A stretch of DNA of 64,000 bases from Thermodesulfovibrionales bacterium (GCA_044450345.1 JBIOIY010000001.1:32001-96000); one strand, 5' to 3'; shown: positions 47,010 through 57,467, numbered from the stretch's first letter. Translations and numbers: made by a program. Notes: generated from the letters alone by a model not told the origin.

Positions 47010-48254
47010 TTATCGCCTGACTATGACGTCCCTCGGCAGCCTTATCGTAAATGTCGTGCCTTTCTCCCCGCTTTCAAGGTGAACAGTCCCGCCGTGAGAT
47101 ACAACAACTTTATGAACGATAGATAGCCCCAGTCCGGTACCTCTTTCCTTGGTCGTATAAAAGGGGAGGAATATCTTGTCCCTGATGTTTTCCGGTATGC
47201 CGTGGCCGGTATCCGTGACCGAGATATCCAGACAATCACCCACGGAGCACGACACAATCACATCTCCTCCCTCAGGCATCGATTCCACAGCGTTCTGGAG
47301 AATATTCGTGACCGACTGCCTCAACAGCACCTCATCACCGTTAATTAAGGGCAACGACTCGATGCGCTCCACAATCCGCACGTTTTGCACGGAATCCGCA
47401 ACCGCAGTTATACAGCCCTTCAGCAGGCTTTTCAGGTCGATTTCTGTCAAGACTAGGTCGGTCTGTTTGGCAAACGAAAGGAAGTCCGATATGATCCGGT
47501 CCATTACCGCCACCTCCTTCAGGATCGCCTCGACAGTCGGGAACAAAACCCCATCCACTTTTTTTGATAACAGTTTCGCATACCCGGATATCACGCCGAG
47601 CGGATTCCTGAGTTCGTGAGCAATCCCTGCGGACATTTCGCCGAGTGTCGACAGCCTCTCCCTGAGTTCCATCTGAGACTGGAACGCCTTCAGTTCAGTA
47701 AGGTCCGTAAAGACAAAGATCTTGCCGATGGTCTTATTTGCACTATCTTTCAAAAGAGAGATATTAAGCCCGAGCCATATCCTCTTGCCGCTTTTCGTCA
47801 CGTATCCGATCTCCGCCCTCGACACTATCTGATTTTTCTCAATAATCCCGGCGACGGGCTCGCTGAATATCTCCGAATATTTTTTTCCTACGCTCTCTAT
47901 TTCCTTCATTTCGAGCATCTTTTCAGCCGACTGATTCATCTTCGTGATGCGGAGTTCCCGGTTCAGACTCACTACCCCGCTCGGCACGCTCTGGAGAATA
48001 TCTTCGTTGTATATTTCGACCGAAGAGGCCCTGTCCTCGGCCTGCCTCTTAAGGACCTCGAGTTCCCTCTCCTTCTCTTTCAGTTTTGAAACAAGGTCGT
48101 GAAATGTATCGACGACAAAGCCCACCTCGGTAGAGCCCTTGTTGGCGGCGTCAGGCCTCTTTCTGCTGCTGCCCATGATCCTGGCGATATAAAAGAAAAT
48201 GAAGAGCAAGACGGCAAGGGCAAGCGTTACCAGCATCAGGGTTAAGAGGTTCAT
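47010..48254 (-). CDS. PAS-domain sensor histidine kinase (NtrB/PilS-like)
   Basis: AGIAHELRNPL, NILQNA, DTGHGI, PFYTTK and GTGLGL. Confidence 0.9.
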   Translation of the reverse strand: MNLLTLMLVTLALAVLLFIFFYIARIMGSSRKRPDAANKGSTEVGFVVDTFHDLVSKLKEKERELEVLKRQAEDRASSVEIYNEDILQSVPSGVVSLNRELRITKMNQSAEKMLEMKEIESVGKKYSEIFSEPVAGIIEKNQIVSRAEIGYVTKSGKRIWLGLNISLLKDSANKTIGKIFVFTDLTELKAFQSQMELRERLSTLGEMSAGIAHELRNPLGVISGYAKLLSKKVDGVLFPTVEAILKEVAVMDRIISDFLSFAKQTDLVLTEIDLKSLLKGCITAVADSVQNVRIVERIESLPLINGDEVLLRQSVTNILQNAVESMPEGGDVIVSCSVGDCLDISVTDTGHGIPENIRDKIFLPFYTTKERGTGLGLSIVHKVVVSHGGTVHLESGEKGTTFTIRLPRDVIVRR

Positions 48255-48318
48255 ATCCTGATCGGCTCAAAAGAGTTTTCCAGGACCCGATGGGTCTCCC
48301 GAAGCCCGCGCACCTCGT

Positions 48319-49098
48319 TTAATGCAGATACCACAACAGTATTTCCTGTCCAAAAAAAAGAGTTATAAGGGCGCCCAAGGCCAGAAACGGGCCAAAAGGT
48401 ATCTTCGTCTTTCTTCCCCTGCCCTTTAAGATCATGAGAAAAACACCTATAAGAGATCCGGCAAGACTTCCCAAAAAAGTGGTGAGGAGGACCGATTTCC
48501 ATCCCGTCAGGGCGCCAACCATAGCCATCATCTTAATATCCCCGCCGCCCATGCCCTCCTGTTTCAGCAGCCGATAACTCAATTCGGCAACGAGGAAAAA
48601 AAGCAAAAAGCCGCCAAGGGCGCCGATGAGAGATGCCCTGTACCCGAGTAGTTCGGCCCGCATGAAGGGATCGGGCAGGAGAAAGGACCCGGTCACCAGC
48701 CCTAAGGGAATACCAGCGAGCGTTATGCGGTCAGGAATAATCTGGAATTCCAGATCGATAAAGGTTATTACGACCAGTGCCGAGCAGAGGACGGCGTAGA
48801 CAACGGAATTCCATCCGATTCCATACCTCCAGACAACTGCGGCGTACAAAAAAGCGTTCAGAGCCTCCACGAGGGGATATCTCAACGATATCTTCGCCTT
48901 GCAGTTCCTGCATCTCCCGCCTAAAAGGAGATAACTGATAACGGGAATATTGTCCCATGCACGTATCTCACTGTTGCAGGCAGTGCATCTCGACGAGGGA
49001 AACACTATCGAGAGATTCCTGGGTATCCGGTATATGCAGACGTTCAGGAATGAGCCTATGAGAAGACCAAAGACGACCGCCACGGTATATTCAGACAT
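48319..49098 (-). CDS. pilD: Prepilin peptidase
   Basis: GSFLNVCIYRIP, two CxxC motifs, FIDL, GMGGGDIK and IPFGPFL. Confidence 0.94.
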   Translation of the reverse strand: MSEYTVAVVFGLLIGSFLNVCIYRIPRNLSIVFPSSRCTACNSEIRAWDNIPVISYLLLGGRCRNCKAKISLRYPLVEALNAFLYAAVVWRYGIGWNSVVYAVLCSALVVITFIDLEFQIIPDRITLAGIPLGLVTGSFLLPDPFMRAELLGYRASLIGALGGFLLFFLVAELSYRLLKQEGMGGGDIKMMAMVGALTGWKSVLLTTFLGSLAGSLIGVFLMILKGRGRKTKIPFGPFLALGALITLFFGQEILLWYLH

Positions 49099-49099
49099 T

Positions 49100-49414
49100 T
49101 TATACTCTCACACTGCTCATCTCCGAGACCTTCAGCTTCAGCTCATCGATATTTTTTTCTATTGTATCTATCTCCTCAAGCGCGCCCAGGACCATCCGGT
49201 CCTTGAGTATATTTTTGTCAGGGTTGCCCTTCAGTTCATATACACGTCGTCCTATCGTCTTAAGCAATTCTTCCTTTTTCTTTTCCATCTCATCCGACTG
49301 ATAAAGCAGCTCTATAACCGCGATCTCTATCTTCAGCCTTTCGGATAAGACGGCCGCAAACCACCTCACCTTGTTCAAACCCTTTTTAAAATTTTCTCTC
49401 AGTCTCTGAAGCAT
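49100..49414 (-). CDS. Hypothetical coiled-coil protein
   Basis: 104-aa ORF with an SD (GGGGAG), tightly packed between recG and pilD. Confidence 0.65.
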   Translation of the reverse strand: MLQRLRENFKKGLNKVRWFAAVLSERLKIEIAVIELLYQSDEMEKKKEELLKTIGRRVYELKGNPDKNILKDRMVLGALEEIDTIEKNIDELKLKVSEMSSVRV

Positions 49415-49426
49415 TTGTTCTCCCCC

Positions 49427-51514
49427 TTACACTGTCTGATAACAATCTGTCTTTCCGAGCCAGAAAGACTCAAAGGACTTTCTCAGCAGCGGAAACTGAT
49501 CAATACCCTGTTTAGTATCGATCAGGTCAAAAGCTTCCCTCCTCGCCGCTTCCAGCAACCTCAGGTCTCTGGCGGGATCAGCGGCCTTAAAGTCAGGCAG
49601 TCCCGCCTGTCTTGTGCCGAAGAACTGTCCAGGCCCCCTGATGTCGAGGTCTTCCTCAGCTATTTTGAACCCGTCCGAAGTCCTGACCATAACATCAAGT
49701 CTTCGCCTCGCATCTTCGCCGAGAGGTTCGTACCCGATCAGGAGACAATGAGACAATTCGCCCCCGCGCCCTACCCGGCCCCTCAGCTGATGGAGCTGGG
49801 CAAGTCCAAACCTCTCGGCATGGACTATGACCATGACAGTGGCGTTCGGCACATCCACACCGACTTCAACGACAGTCGTAGAAATCAAAATGCGGGTTTC
49901 CCCGTTCTTAAAAGACATCATCGCGGCCCGTTTATCGGAAGGGCTCATTCTGCCGTGAAGAAGACCTATTCTAAATTCGGGGAATATTTTCCGGAATGCC
50001 TTGCAGCCTTCCACCGCTGACTTAAGGTCCGCCTTTTCTGATTCCTCTATGACCGGGTACACCACATATACCTGTCTCCCCTTCCGTATCTCTCCCTCCA
50101 TAATCCCGTAAATCGCCGCCTTCCGGGACGGCAAGAAAACCTCCGTCAATATCGGTTTCCTCCCCGATGGCATTTCATTGATGATCGAATAATCCATATC
50201 TCCGTATAGCGTGAGGGCCAAAGACCTGGGGATCGGAGTAGCCGTCATAACAAGAACATCCGGACTCTTTCCCTTTTTTCTCAGGATTCCCCTTTGCGTC
50301 ACGCCGAACTTGTGCTGCTCGTCGATCACGACAAGTCCGAGGTCCTTAAAACGAACCCCTTCCTGGATAAGCGCATGCGTGCCTACGACAACAGCCGCCT
50401 CTCCCGACGATATCATGTCAAGTGGTATTTCCTTTGCCCCTCCTGCTGCAAGTACCGCCTTAACACCCAGATCTTCCACTGCATTGCAGAGTGTATAGAA
50501 ATGCTGCTCTGCAAGTATCTCGGTGGGTGCCATAAACGCGGTCTGACAGCCGTATTCTACTGCGTGCAGCATCGCCATAAGTGCCACGATAGTTTTGCCG
50601 CATCCGACATCGCCCTGGAGAAGTCTCTGCATCGGATATACAGCCGCCATGTCGCGTACTATCTCGTCAAGCACTCTCTTCTGGTCGCCTGTCAATGCAT
50701 AAGGTAGTTTTTCTATAAGCCTTCGTTGAAGCATGCCCTGACAACGGATCGCTCTTCCTTTTTCGCGTTTTTTATTCTTCCTTATGGCCGCCACGCCGAG
50801 TTCGAAGGTAAAAAACTCATCGAAAGCCAGTCTTTTATGATATTTACTTTCCCGACGGTTGAGAGAGTCCGTGTCGCACCCGTCGGCAGGAAAATGCAAC
50901 TGTTTGATGCTTTCCCTGAGTGGGGGCAGATTGTGTCTCCTGATAATATCTTCAGGCATGGGATCGACGATATCTCCGGCATACTTTTCAACAATGCCGA
51001 ACATTATTTTTCTGAGTTGCTTCTGGCTCATGCCCTCGGTGAGACGATAGACAGGCACTATCCTGTCCGAATGAATCAGAGAATCTCCTTCTGCACCGAC
51101 AATTTCATATTCAGGATTGTCGAAAAACAACCAGCCGGCATCGCGGTCCCTCTTCACCTCTCCGCTCAGCAAGACCTCACAACCATCCGGCAGATTCTTC
51201 TTCATAAAAGGTTGGTTAAACCATCTCGCCTTCACGGAAGCCGTCCCGTCGCTCACGGTAATCGTGAATATGCCCGGTCTGCTGCCGCGAGACGCTTTTG
51301 CCCCGGCCGCAATGACCTTCCCGCGAACGGTCTCGGGCCGTCCCTCTTTTATAGTAAGGATGTTGTCGGCTGCGGATCTGTCTTCGTAGCGGTAGGGGAG
51401 ATAATAGAACGAGTCTTTCAGTGAAGTGATGCCGATTTCACCAAGCAATTTGGCCCTCTTGGGGCCTACACCCTTTGCACAGTGTATGAGTACTTCTGAT
51501 AGGTTGCTATCCAT
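49427..51514 (-). CDS. recG: ATP-dependent DNA helicase RecG
   Basis: KGVGPK, PYRYEDR, QGDVGCGKT, DEQHKFG, TATPIPR, HQLRGRVGR and DLDIRGPG. Confidence 0.96.
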   Translation of the reverse strand: MDSNLSEVLIHCAKGVGPKRAKLLGEIGITSLKDSFYYLPYRYEDRSAADNILTIKEGRPETVRGKVIAAGAKASRGSRPGIFTITVSDGTASVKARWFNQPFMKKNLPDGCEVLLSGEVKRDRDAGWLFFDNPEYEIVGAEGDSLIHSDRIVPVYRLTEGMSQKQLRKIMFGIVEKYAGDIVDPMPEDIIRRHNLPPLRESIKQLHFPADGCDTDSLNRRESKYHKRLAFDEFFTFELGVAAIRKNKKREKGRAIRCQGMLQRRLIEKLPYALTGDQKRVLDEIVRDMAAVYPMQRLLQGDVGCGKTIVALMAMLHAVEYGCQTAFMAPTEILAEQHFYTLCNAVEDLGVKAVLAAGGAKEIPLDMISSGEAAVVVGTHALIQEGVRFKDLGLVVIDEQHKFGVTQRGILRKKGKSPDVLVMTATPIPRSLALTLYGDMDYSIINEMPSGRKPILTEVFLPSRKAAIYGIMEGEIRKGRQVYVVYPVIEESEKADLKSAVEGCKAFRKIFPEFRIGLLHGRMSPSDKRAAMMSFKNGETRILISTTVVEVGVDVPNATVMVIVHAERFGLAQLHQLRGRVGRGGELSHCLLIGYEPLGEDARRRLDVMVRTSDGFKIAEEDLDIRGPGQFFGTRQAGLPDFKAADPARDLRLLEAARREAFDLIDTKQGIDQFPLLRKSFESFWLGKTDCYQTV

Positions 51515-52628
51515 CAGCAGATGGCTGATCTTTTTTCTGTGCTTCCTTCTTTAACGTTTCTTCGAGGTTCTTGTCGGTCTCTTCCATTCTGATCTTCGAA
51601 TATTCCGTATCGCTGATGATGTCGATGTCCCATCCGGTAAGTTTCATCGCGAGCCTCACGTTTTGGCCCTTCTTCCCGATCGCGAGAGAAAGCTGCTGGT
51701 CGTTCACCACGACCATAGCTGTCTTTCCTTCCTCGTTAATGCCTATTTTGTCGATCACCGCCGGGCTGAGCGCTCTGGCAATAAGCATTCTCGGGTCATC
51801 CGCCCACGGGATGATATCGATCCGCTCACCCCGGAGTTCACGCACGATCGTCTGAACCCTTGTCCCCTTCATGCCGACGCAAGAACCTACGGGATCGACG
51901 GCGCTGTTCTTCGAATACACGGCGATCTTCGTGCGTTCCCCGGGTTCTCTGACGATATTCTTTATCAGGACCAGCCCTTCGCTAATCTCCGGGACCTCCA
52001 TCTTGAACAGCCCGGCCACAAAGTCCGGAGAAGTCCTTGATACAAGGATAGCCGGACCCTTAGTCGTGATCCTCACATCCTCAATGATCGCTTTTACCGG
52101 ATCGCCTCTCTTGAGGTTCTCGGTCGGCAGCGTGTCTTTGATGGGAAGGATCGCCTCGGTCTTTCCAAGGTTGATGTAATAAAACCCCTTTTCCTTCCTC
52201 ATGACGGTTCCCGTGATGATCTGACCCGCCTTGTCCTTAAACTCGTTGTAGATAACGTCCCTTTCGGCCTCCCGTACCCTCTGGAATATAACCTGTTTGG
52301 CTGTTTGGGCAGCAATCCGTCCGAGGTCATGGAGATCGAGAGGAAGATCGACGGTTTCACCCTCGTTCTTATCCGGCTCGATCTTCTTTGCGTCCGCAAG
52401 AGATATTTCCTCAAGGGGGTCCTTGACAGCCGCAACAATAGTCTTGGTTTCAAAGACCCTTATATTGCATTTCTGCCGGTCGATGATGAGGTTGATGTTC
52501 GTCCTGCCGCCGTATTTCTTGCGCATTGCAGACAAAAGGGCAGATTCGAGGGCCTCTATCAAAACCTCCTTCGATATTCCTTTTTCCCTGCTGATCTGCT
52601 CTACGACGTGGCACAACTCCTTCGTCAT
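51507..52628 (-). CDS. nusA: Transcription termination factor NusA
   Basis: GRIAAQTAKQVI, S1 domain, REPGERTKIAV and LSLAIGKKGQNVRLA. Confidence 0.97.
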   Translation of the reverse strand: MTKELCHVVEQISREKGISKEVLIEALESALLSAMRKKYGGRTNINLIIDRQKCNIRVFETKTIVAAVKDPLEEISLADAKKIEPDKNEGETVDLPLDLHDLGRIAAQTAKQVIFQRVREAERDVIYNEFKDKAGQIITGTVMRKEKGFYYINLGKTEAILPIKDTLPTENLKRGDPVKAIIEDVRITTKGPAILVSRTSPDFVAGLFKMEVPEISEGLVLIKNIVREPGERTKIAVYSKNSAVDPVGSCVGMKGTRVQTIVRELRGERIDIIPWADDPRMLIARALSPAVIDKIGINEEGKTAMVVVNDQQLSLAIGKKGQNVRLAMKLTGWDIDIISDTEYSKIRMEETDKNLEETLKKEAQKKDQPSADG

Positions 52629-53086
52629 TTCAGCTCTATCTCCAATCTCGCCTTCGAGACATTCTCAAATGGGATATCTATGACTCCATTATCTTTCATG
52701 GTCAATTTGATACTATTCTCGCGCACTTCAGTAATCCGGCCGACAAAAAAGTTTTGTCTTTCTATATTCTCCTTTATAATGATCCGGGCCAGTTTACCTA
52801 CACTCATCTCAAAGTCTCTCAACCTCTTCAACGGCCTGTCAAGTCCCGGAGACGAGACCTCGAGTACGTATGACGACTTTATCGGGTCTTCTACGTCCAA
52901 AACAGCCGAAACAGCCCGGCTGAAAAGAGCGCAGTCATCAAGGGTCACACCCCCCGTCTTGTCAATAAATATCCTCACCGTAAGCCTCCTCATACTCCCG
53001 GCAAATTCGATGTCAACAACATCCACTCCGTACTCAGCAGCCACCGAACCGGCCAACTCGGATATTTTCCCTTTGATATTTTCCAT
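52625..53086 (-). CDS. rimP: Ribosome maturation factor RimP
   Basis: IFIDK...TLDDC and YVLEVSSPGLDRPL; start set at ATG 53086. Confidence 0.94.
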   Translation of the reverse strand: MENIKGKISELAGSVAAEYGVDVVDIEFAGSMRRLTVRIFIDKTGGVTLDDCALFSRAVSAVLDVEDPIKSSYVLEVSSPGLDRPLKRLRDFEMSVGKLARIIIKENIERQNFFVGRITEVRENSIKLTMKDNGVIDIPFENVSKARLEIELK

Positions 53087-53088
53087 AT

Positions 53089-53118
53089 AAAACAAAAGAG
53101 TGGGATTGCCCACTCTTT
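53089..53118 (-). promoter_or_regulatory. rimP leader terminator/attenuator hairpin
   Basis: Minus strand AAAGAGTGGG-CAAT-CCCACTCTTT then TGTTTT, immediately before rimP; matches the conserved rimP-leader hairpin pattern. Confidence 0.72.
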
Positions 53119-53172
53119 AATCAAAACTCCGAAACGAATATGCACCTATTGTACAGAATTAGCATCAAAAAA

Positions 53173-54768
53173 TCAATTGTTATTCCCCTTCAGCACCTTA
53201 CCAGCCAACTTTCCCGACGGTACGCCCTCCCAAACCGCAGGGGTGCCGTTCACAAGGACATAGGCGACCCCTTCAGGCATCTGGAACGGATCTGCATAGG
53301 TCGATTTGTCCATGATCCTCCCGGCATCGAAGACCACTATATCGGCGTAGAAGCCTTCTTTCAGCCCGCCCCTTTTACTGAGTCCGAAAGTCCGCGCCGT
53401 CAGCCCGGTCGCCTTATATATGGCCTCTGGAAGAGAAAGAAGTCCCGCCTTTCGGACATAATTGCCAAAAAATCTCGGAAAGGTGCCGAAAGTCCTGGGA
53501 TGGGGTTTCCCTTTCTTAGTAGGCCCGTCGAAGCTCCTCGCGGAACTGTCGGAGCCTATCATGCAATAAGGCAGAGAAAGGAACTTTCTCAGATTTTCCT
53601 CTTTCATCGAAAGAAATATCGCCCCCACCCTCAGTTTTTCTTCCAGGAGTATCTCAAAGACCGTCTCCATCCCGCCATTTCTCCTGACGCGGCTGATTTC
53701 AGCGATAGTCTTTCCTTCCATCCATCTGTTTTTTTCAGATGCAACAGAGGAGACTATTACTTTTTCCCAATAGCCATGCGATCCCGATTGTTCCCGCATC
53801 TCCATCGCTATTTTGTCTTTTTCCTTTCGGTCCAGCAACCTTCGCAGCTCCTCTTCGTTACCCCCCTCGAAAACCCAGGAAGGCAATATCGCGTCGAGGT
53901 CGGTGCTTGACGCGATGTAGGGATAACGGTCGCAGGTTATCTTCAAACCCCGGCTGCGGGCCTCTTTAAGCAGGGAAAGGACGTCCTCTGCCTTCTGCCA
54001 GTTTCGCTCTCCCGCTGTCTTGATATGCGATATATGGACTTTTACGCCGCTTTCCTCTCCTATCCTGATGACTTCCTCCACAGCCTGGGTAAGACGGGCG
54101 CCTTCACTCCTCATGTGACTTGCGTAAATAAGGTCTCTGCTGAGGAGTACCCTTGCGATATGGATAAGCTCTTCAGTGCCGGAGTAAATGCCGGGGGGAT
54201 ATATCAGCCCTGTCGAAAGACCGATCGCACCCTGTCCTATCGCCTCTTCCATTAACGCCGCCATACCATCCAGTTCTTCCCGAGAAGGTTCTTTGTCATC
54301 GTATCCCACCACCGAGCCACGGATGTTGCCATGACCGGCCAGAAAGGCCATATTGACCGCAAAACCGCTCTTTGCGAGTAGAGCGAAATACTCACTGAAG
54401 GTATTCCACCTGTCCCTGATGCCGAGTTCCCTCAAGTCTTCTTCGCGTTTTTCTAAGGCCTTCTTAAAAAGAGGCGCTGCTGACATTCCGCAATTTCCAT
54501 TGATCTCGGTAGTTATCCCCTGGCATATCTTTCCCTCGGCGCGGGGGTCGGCAACAATAGTAAAATCTGAATGCGAATGGGCATCGATGAACCCCGGGCA
54601 CACGGCAAACCCCCTGGCGTCTATGGTCTTGTCAGCTTTTTTTTCGTCGGACCGTCCTATAAACCGTATCATGCCGTCGGCTATCCCGATGTCGGAAATA
54701 AACGGGGCCGAAAGACCTCCGTCATACAAAAGTCCGCCCTTAATAAGGATATCAAAGGTTTTGCCCAT
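53173..54768 (-). CDS. N-acyl-D-amino-acid deacylase (amidohydrolase family)
   Basis: PGFIDAHSHSD, GNCG, STGLIYPPG, SHMRSE, HISHIK and HPRTFGTFPR. Confidence 0.9.
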   Translation of the reverse strand: MGKTFDILIKGGLLYDGGLSAPFISDIGIADGMIRFIGRSDEKKADKTIDARGFAVCPGFIDAHSHSDFTIVADPRAEGKICQGITTEINGNCGMSAAPLFKKALEKREEDLRELGIRDRWNTFSEYFALLAKSGFAVNMAFLAGHGNIRGSVVGYDDKEPSREELDGMAALMEEAIGQGAIGLSTGLIYPPGIYSGTEELIHIARVLLSRDLIYASHMRSEGARLTQAVEEVIRIGEESGVKVHISHIKTAGERNWQKAEDVLSLLKEARSRGLKITCDRYPYIASSTDLDAILPSWVFEGGNEEELRRLLDRKEKDKIAMEMREQSGSHGYWEKVIVSSVASEKNRWMEGKTIAEISRVRRNGGMETVFEILLEEKLRVGAIFLSMKEENLRKFLSLPYCMIGSDSSARSFDGPTKKGKPHPRTFGTFPRFFGNYVRKAGLLSLPEAIYKATGLTARTFGLSKRGGLKEGFYADIVVFDAGRIMDKSTYADPFQMPEGVAYVLVNGTPAVWEGVPSGKLAGKVLKGNNN

Positions 54769-54778
54769 TGGGTGAAAT

Positions 54779-55450
54779 CTATGGCCCTACATTTCTCTCG
54801 GCACCCGCCGGCCGGGCAGGCTGTTGTTTCTCAAAGAAAGATTCCGGATACTGAAGACTTCTCACAAAAAAGGGCATAAGGAATGCCGACACATTTCGGG
54901 CCCTACCCCAGAAACCCTGTTCAGAGGAGGTCTGTTTGTTTTCCCTGTAAGCTGCGGAGGCCATATTCTTCAGAACCGGGAAACACTTCATGGTCAGCCC
55001 CATGGTATGAAAGAAGTCCCTTATCGGCAATCCCACCCTCTCCAGCGGGCCGAATAGCCTTCCGAGACCGTCAACCATCTCTTCCGCCTCCGCAGAAGCC
55101 ACCAGGACCTTCGCCCCTCCTATCATAAGAAAAACCCGCAACGTCCTGACTGCGGCGATATGAAGTCCCTCGTCGGTGACCAGAAACAACCCCGTCGAAA
55201 GCAGTACACGGCCGTGCCGTCCGATAATATTACTTATGAAAGTAAAGAGGAGAAACACGCTTATCGGCAGCCATCCTGACTTCACGGCTCTTACGGGTAT
55301 CTTCAGAAAAAAAAGGCCCAGTAGCGCACAGGCGAACAGATACACGGTCAGATTGTCGAAAACAAAAAGGAGCGCGACAAAGAAAAAGTAAGAAATGATC
55401 TTCAGTTCCGGTTTAGTCTTTGGAGTCAACTGTTTTCCTGACATTTGCAA
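54779..55450 (-). CDS. EcfT/CbiQ-like transmembrane protein (divergent)
   Basis: PELK N-terminal motif, 4-5 TM segments, GLGRLFGPLERVGLP and FPVL pattern. Confidence 0.62.
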   Translation of the reverse strand: MQMSGKQLTPKTKPELKIISYFFFVALLFVFDNLTVYLFACALLGLFFLKIPVRAVKSGWLPISVFLLFTFISNIIGRHGRVLLSTGLFLVTDEGLHIAAVRTLRVFLMIGGAKVLVASAEAEEMVDGLGRLFGPLERVGLPIRDFFHTMGLTMKCFPVLKNMASAAYRENKQTSSEQGFWGRARNVSAFLMPFFVRSLQYPESFFEKQQPARPAGAERNVGP

Positions 55451-56585
55451 CCGTCTGGGTGTCGGACGACACGGACATGTATTTAGCTATCCCGGTCGCG
55501 ATGGATTTTGCAATCTCTTCTTTGTATGAATCTTTTGAAAGGAGTCTCTCTTCAAGCGGATTGCTTATAAAAGATACCTCGGCAAGCACCGAAGGCATGC
55601 GTGCACCGAAGAGTACGTAAAACATGGACCATTTCACCTTGAGGTCCACCACACCTGGAAACTTATCGGAAAGCCCATTTACCATCGCCATCTGGATATA
55701 ATTTGCAAGTTTATTAGATTCGTCTCTCTTATGGTCTCTTTTCAGGCTTGCCAGCTCCACGTCAAGAAAGTCCGCCTCGTTTTTCATCTCCTTCATTTTT
55801 TTAAGCGATATCTGGTTCTCCCTTGCAGCCACCTTCATCGATTCCACGTCGTCGGACCAGTTGAGAAAATATGTCTCTATGCCTTTAGCGTCTCTCCTCG
55901 GACTTGCATTCGCATGCACGGAGACAAAAAGGTCTGCATTTTTGCTGTTCGCTATCGCAGTGCGCTCTACAAGAGGGATAAAAACATCCCTGTCCCGCGT
56001 CAGAAACACCTCGAACCCTGGATTCTTGGATAGGATCGTCTTTACCTTGAGCGCAATATCGAGAACAACGTCCTTCTCGCAAAGTTTCTTCGGTCCGATC
56101 GCGCCGGGGTCATGGCCTCCGTGGCCCGGATCAATGACTATCCTCTTCCTCGAGGAGACAAGCGGCTGTGCCGATATCCCGTAGACATCGATTATTATCC
56201 TGACCGGATCTTCGAGGGTAATCATTTTATAGTCCTTGATCTTCTCCAGATCAAGCACGACCCTCACCGTGTTCTCGTTGAACTGGGCCGCACGCACGGA
56301 TCTAAGCATGCCGTTGCCTATAGGCAGATTCGTCTTCAACTCTTTCTTTATGGTGCTGCCCTTTATATCGAAATAAAGCCGGTCCGGATTAGCAAGGCGT
56401 TTTTTGGAATATTCAGCCCTATCAGAAAGTGTTACTACTACCCTTGTATAATCAGGATAGGACCAGAAACTGATGTCAGTGACATCAACGATCTCGAGAG
56501 ATTCTGAAAGGTGAGGGGAAAGGAAAAAAAGGAAGGCCGCCAGCAGGAACAAAACGGTTCGCCTGTATGCCCCTACCGCGCCCAA
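55413..56585 (-). CDS. N-acetylmuramoyl-L-alanine amidase with AMIN domain (AmiC-like)
   Basis: YTRVV, PDRLYFD and VRVVLDL (AMIN); IDPGHGGHDPG, EK, SVHAN and LAEVSFISN. Confidence 0.92.
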   Translation of the reverse strand: MGAVGAYRRTVLFLLAAFLFFLSPHLSESLEIVDVTDISFWSYPDYTRVVVTLSDRAEYSKKRLANPDRLYFDIKGSTIKKELKTNLPIGNGMLRSVRAAQFNENTVRVVLDLEKIKDYKMITLEDPVRIIIDVYGISAQPLVSSRKRIVIDPGHGGHDPGAIGPKKLCEKDVVLDIALKVKTILSKNPGFEVFLTRDRDVFIPLVERTAIANSKNADLFVSVHANASPRRDAKGIETYFLNWSDDVESMKVAARENQISLKKMKEMKNEADFLDVELASLKRDHKRDESNKLANYIQMAMVNGLSDKFPGVVDLKVKWSMFYVLFGARMPSVLAEVSFISNPLEERLLSKDSYKEEIAKSIATGIAKYMSVSSDTQTVANVRKTVDSKD

Positions 56586-56621
56586 TTTAGCCCAATCTTC
56601 TCCCTATTTTCGCTATTCCCA

Positions 56622-56843
56622 TTATACCGACTGCACGGAGGTGATCTCCGGTATCTCTTTCCTGATGCTCGATTCCACCCAATTTTTCATGGTCAAGGAA
56701 GACATCGGACAGGTGCCGCAAGCGCCCTTCAACTTTACGTAGACGACGGTACCCTTGACGTCTACAAGTTCTATATCTCCGCCTTCGGACTTAAGTCCTG
56801 CCCTCACCTTATCTAGGATCTCTTCCACTCTTGCCCTCAGCAT
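56622..56843 (-). CDS. NifU C-terminal (Nfu) Fe-S carrier
   Basis: GGDIELVDV...LKGACGTCP. Confidence 0.88.
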   Translation of the reverse strand: MLRARVEEILDKVRAGLKSEGGDIELVDVKGTVVYVKLKGACGTCPMSSLTMKNWVESSIRKEIPEITSVQSV

Positions 56844-56972
56844 TGGATCACCACCTTCTCAATAATAAAGGAAAAGTCCGGAATATTCAAGTATCATACT
56901 ATGTTAAGCCTTCTTTGGTCTTGATATTAAGCGATTTTATCGCCTCTGCCGGGATAAGAGAACCGATGTATT

Positions 56973-57467
56973 TCAGCCGACTTTCCCGAATGCCTGCTTC
57001 TTTGCCTTGCAAACAGGACATTCATCAGGTGCCTCGCCTTCGGCAGTATAGCCGCAAACCTGGCATACGTAGTAGTCAGCTTCAATGTTCGTGCCAAGGC
57101 TTTCGAGGGCAGCCTGGTAGAGACGGGCATGTACCTTTTCGACTTCATTCGCAAGGCTAAAGCTCCTCAGGGCCGCGGCATGGCCCTCGGCCTTTGCTTC
57201 TTCGATCATTCTCGGGTACATTTTTTGAAATTCGTAGGATTCCCCGCTTATTGCCGCCACCAAATTTTCCCTTGTGCTCTTTATCCCGTTCAACCCTTTA
57301 AGGTGATTATGCGCATGAATGGTTTCGGCCTCGGCTGCCGCCCTGAACAACTTGGCGACCTGCGTATAACCCTCCTGTTCAGCCTTTACAGCAAAAGCGA
57401 GGTACTTTCTGTTTGCCTGCGATTCACCGGCAAACGCATCCTGAAGATTTTTTAAGGTATCCGACAT
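56973..57467 (-). CDS. rbr: Rubrerythrin
   Basis: AFAGESQA, ExxH twice (ETIH, EKVH), CQVCG and CPVC rubredoxin site. Confidence 0.93.
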   Translation of the reverse strand: MSDTLKNLQDAFAGESQANRKYLAFAVKAEQEGYTQVAKLFRAAAEAETIHAHNHLKGLNGIKSTRENLVAAISGESYEFQKMYPRMIEEAKAEGHAAALRSFSLANEVEKVHARLYQAALESLGTNIEADYYVCQVCGYTAEGEAPDECPVCKAKKQAFGKVG

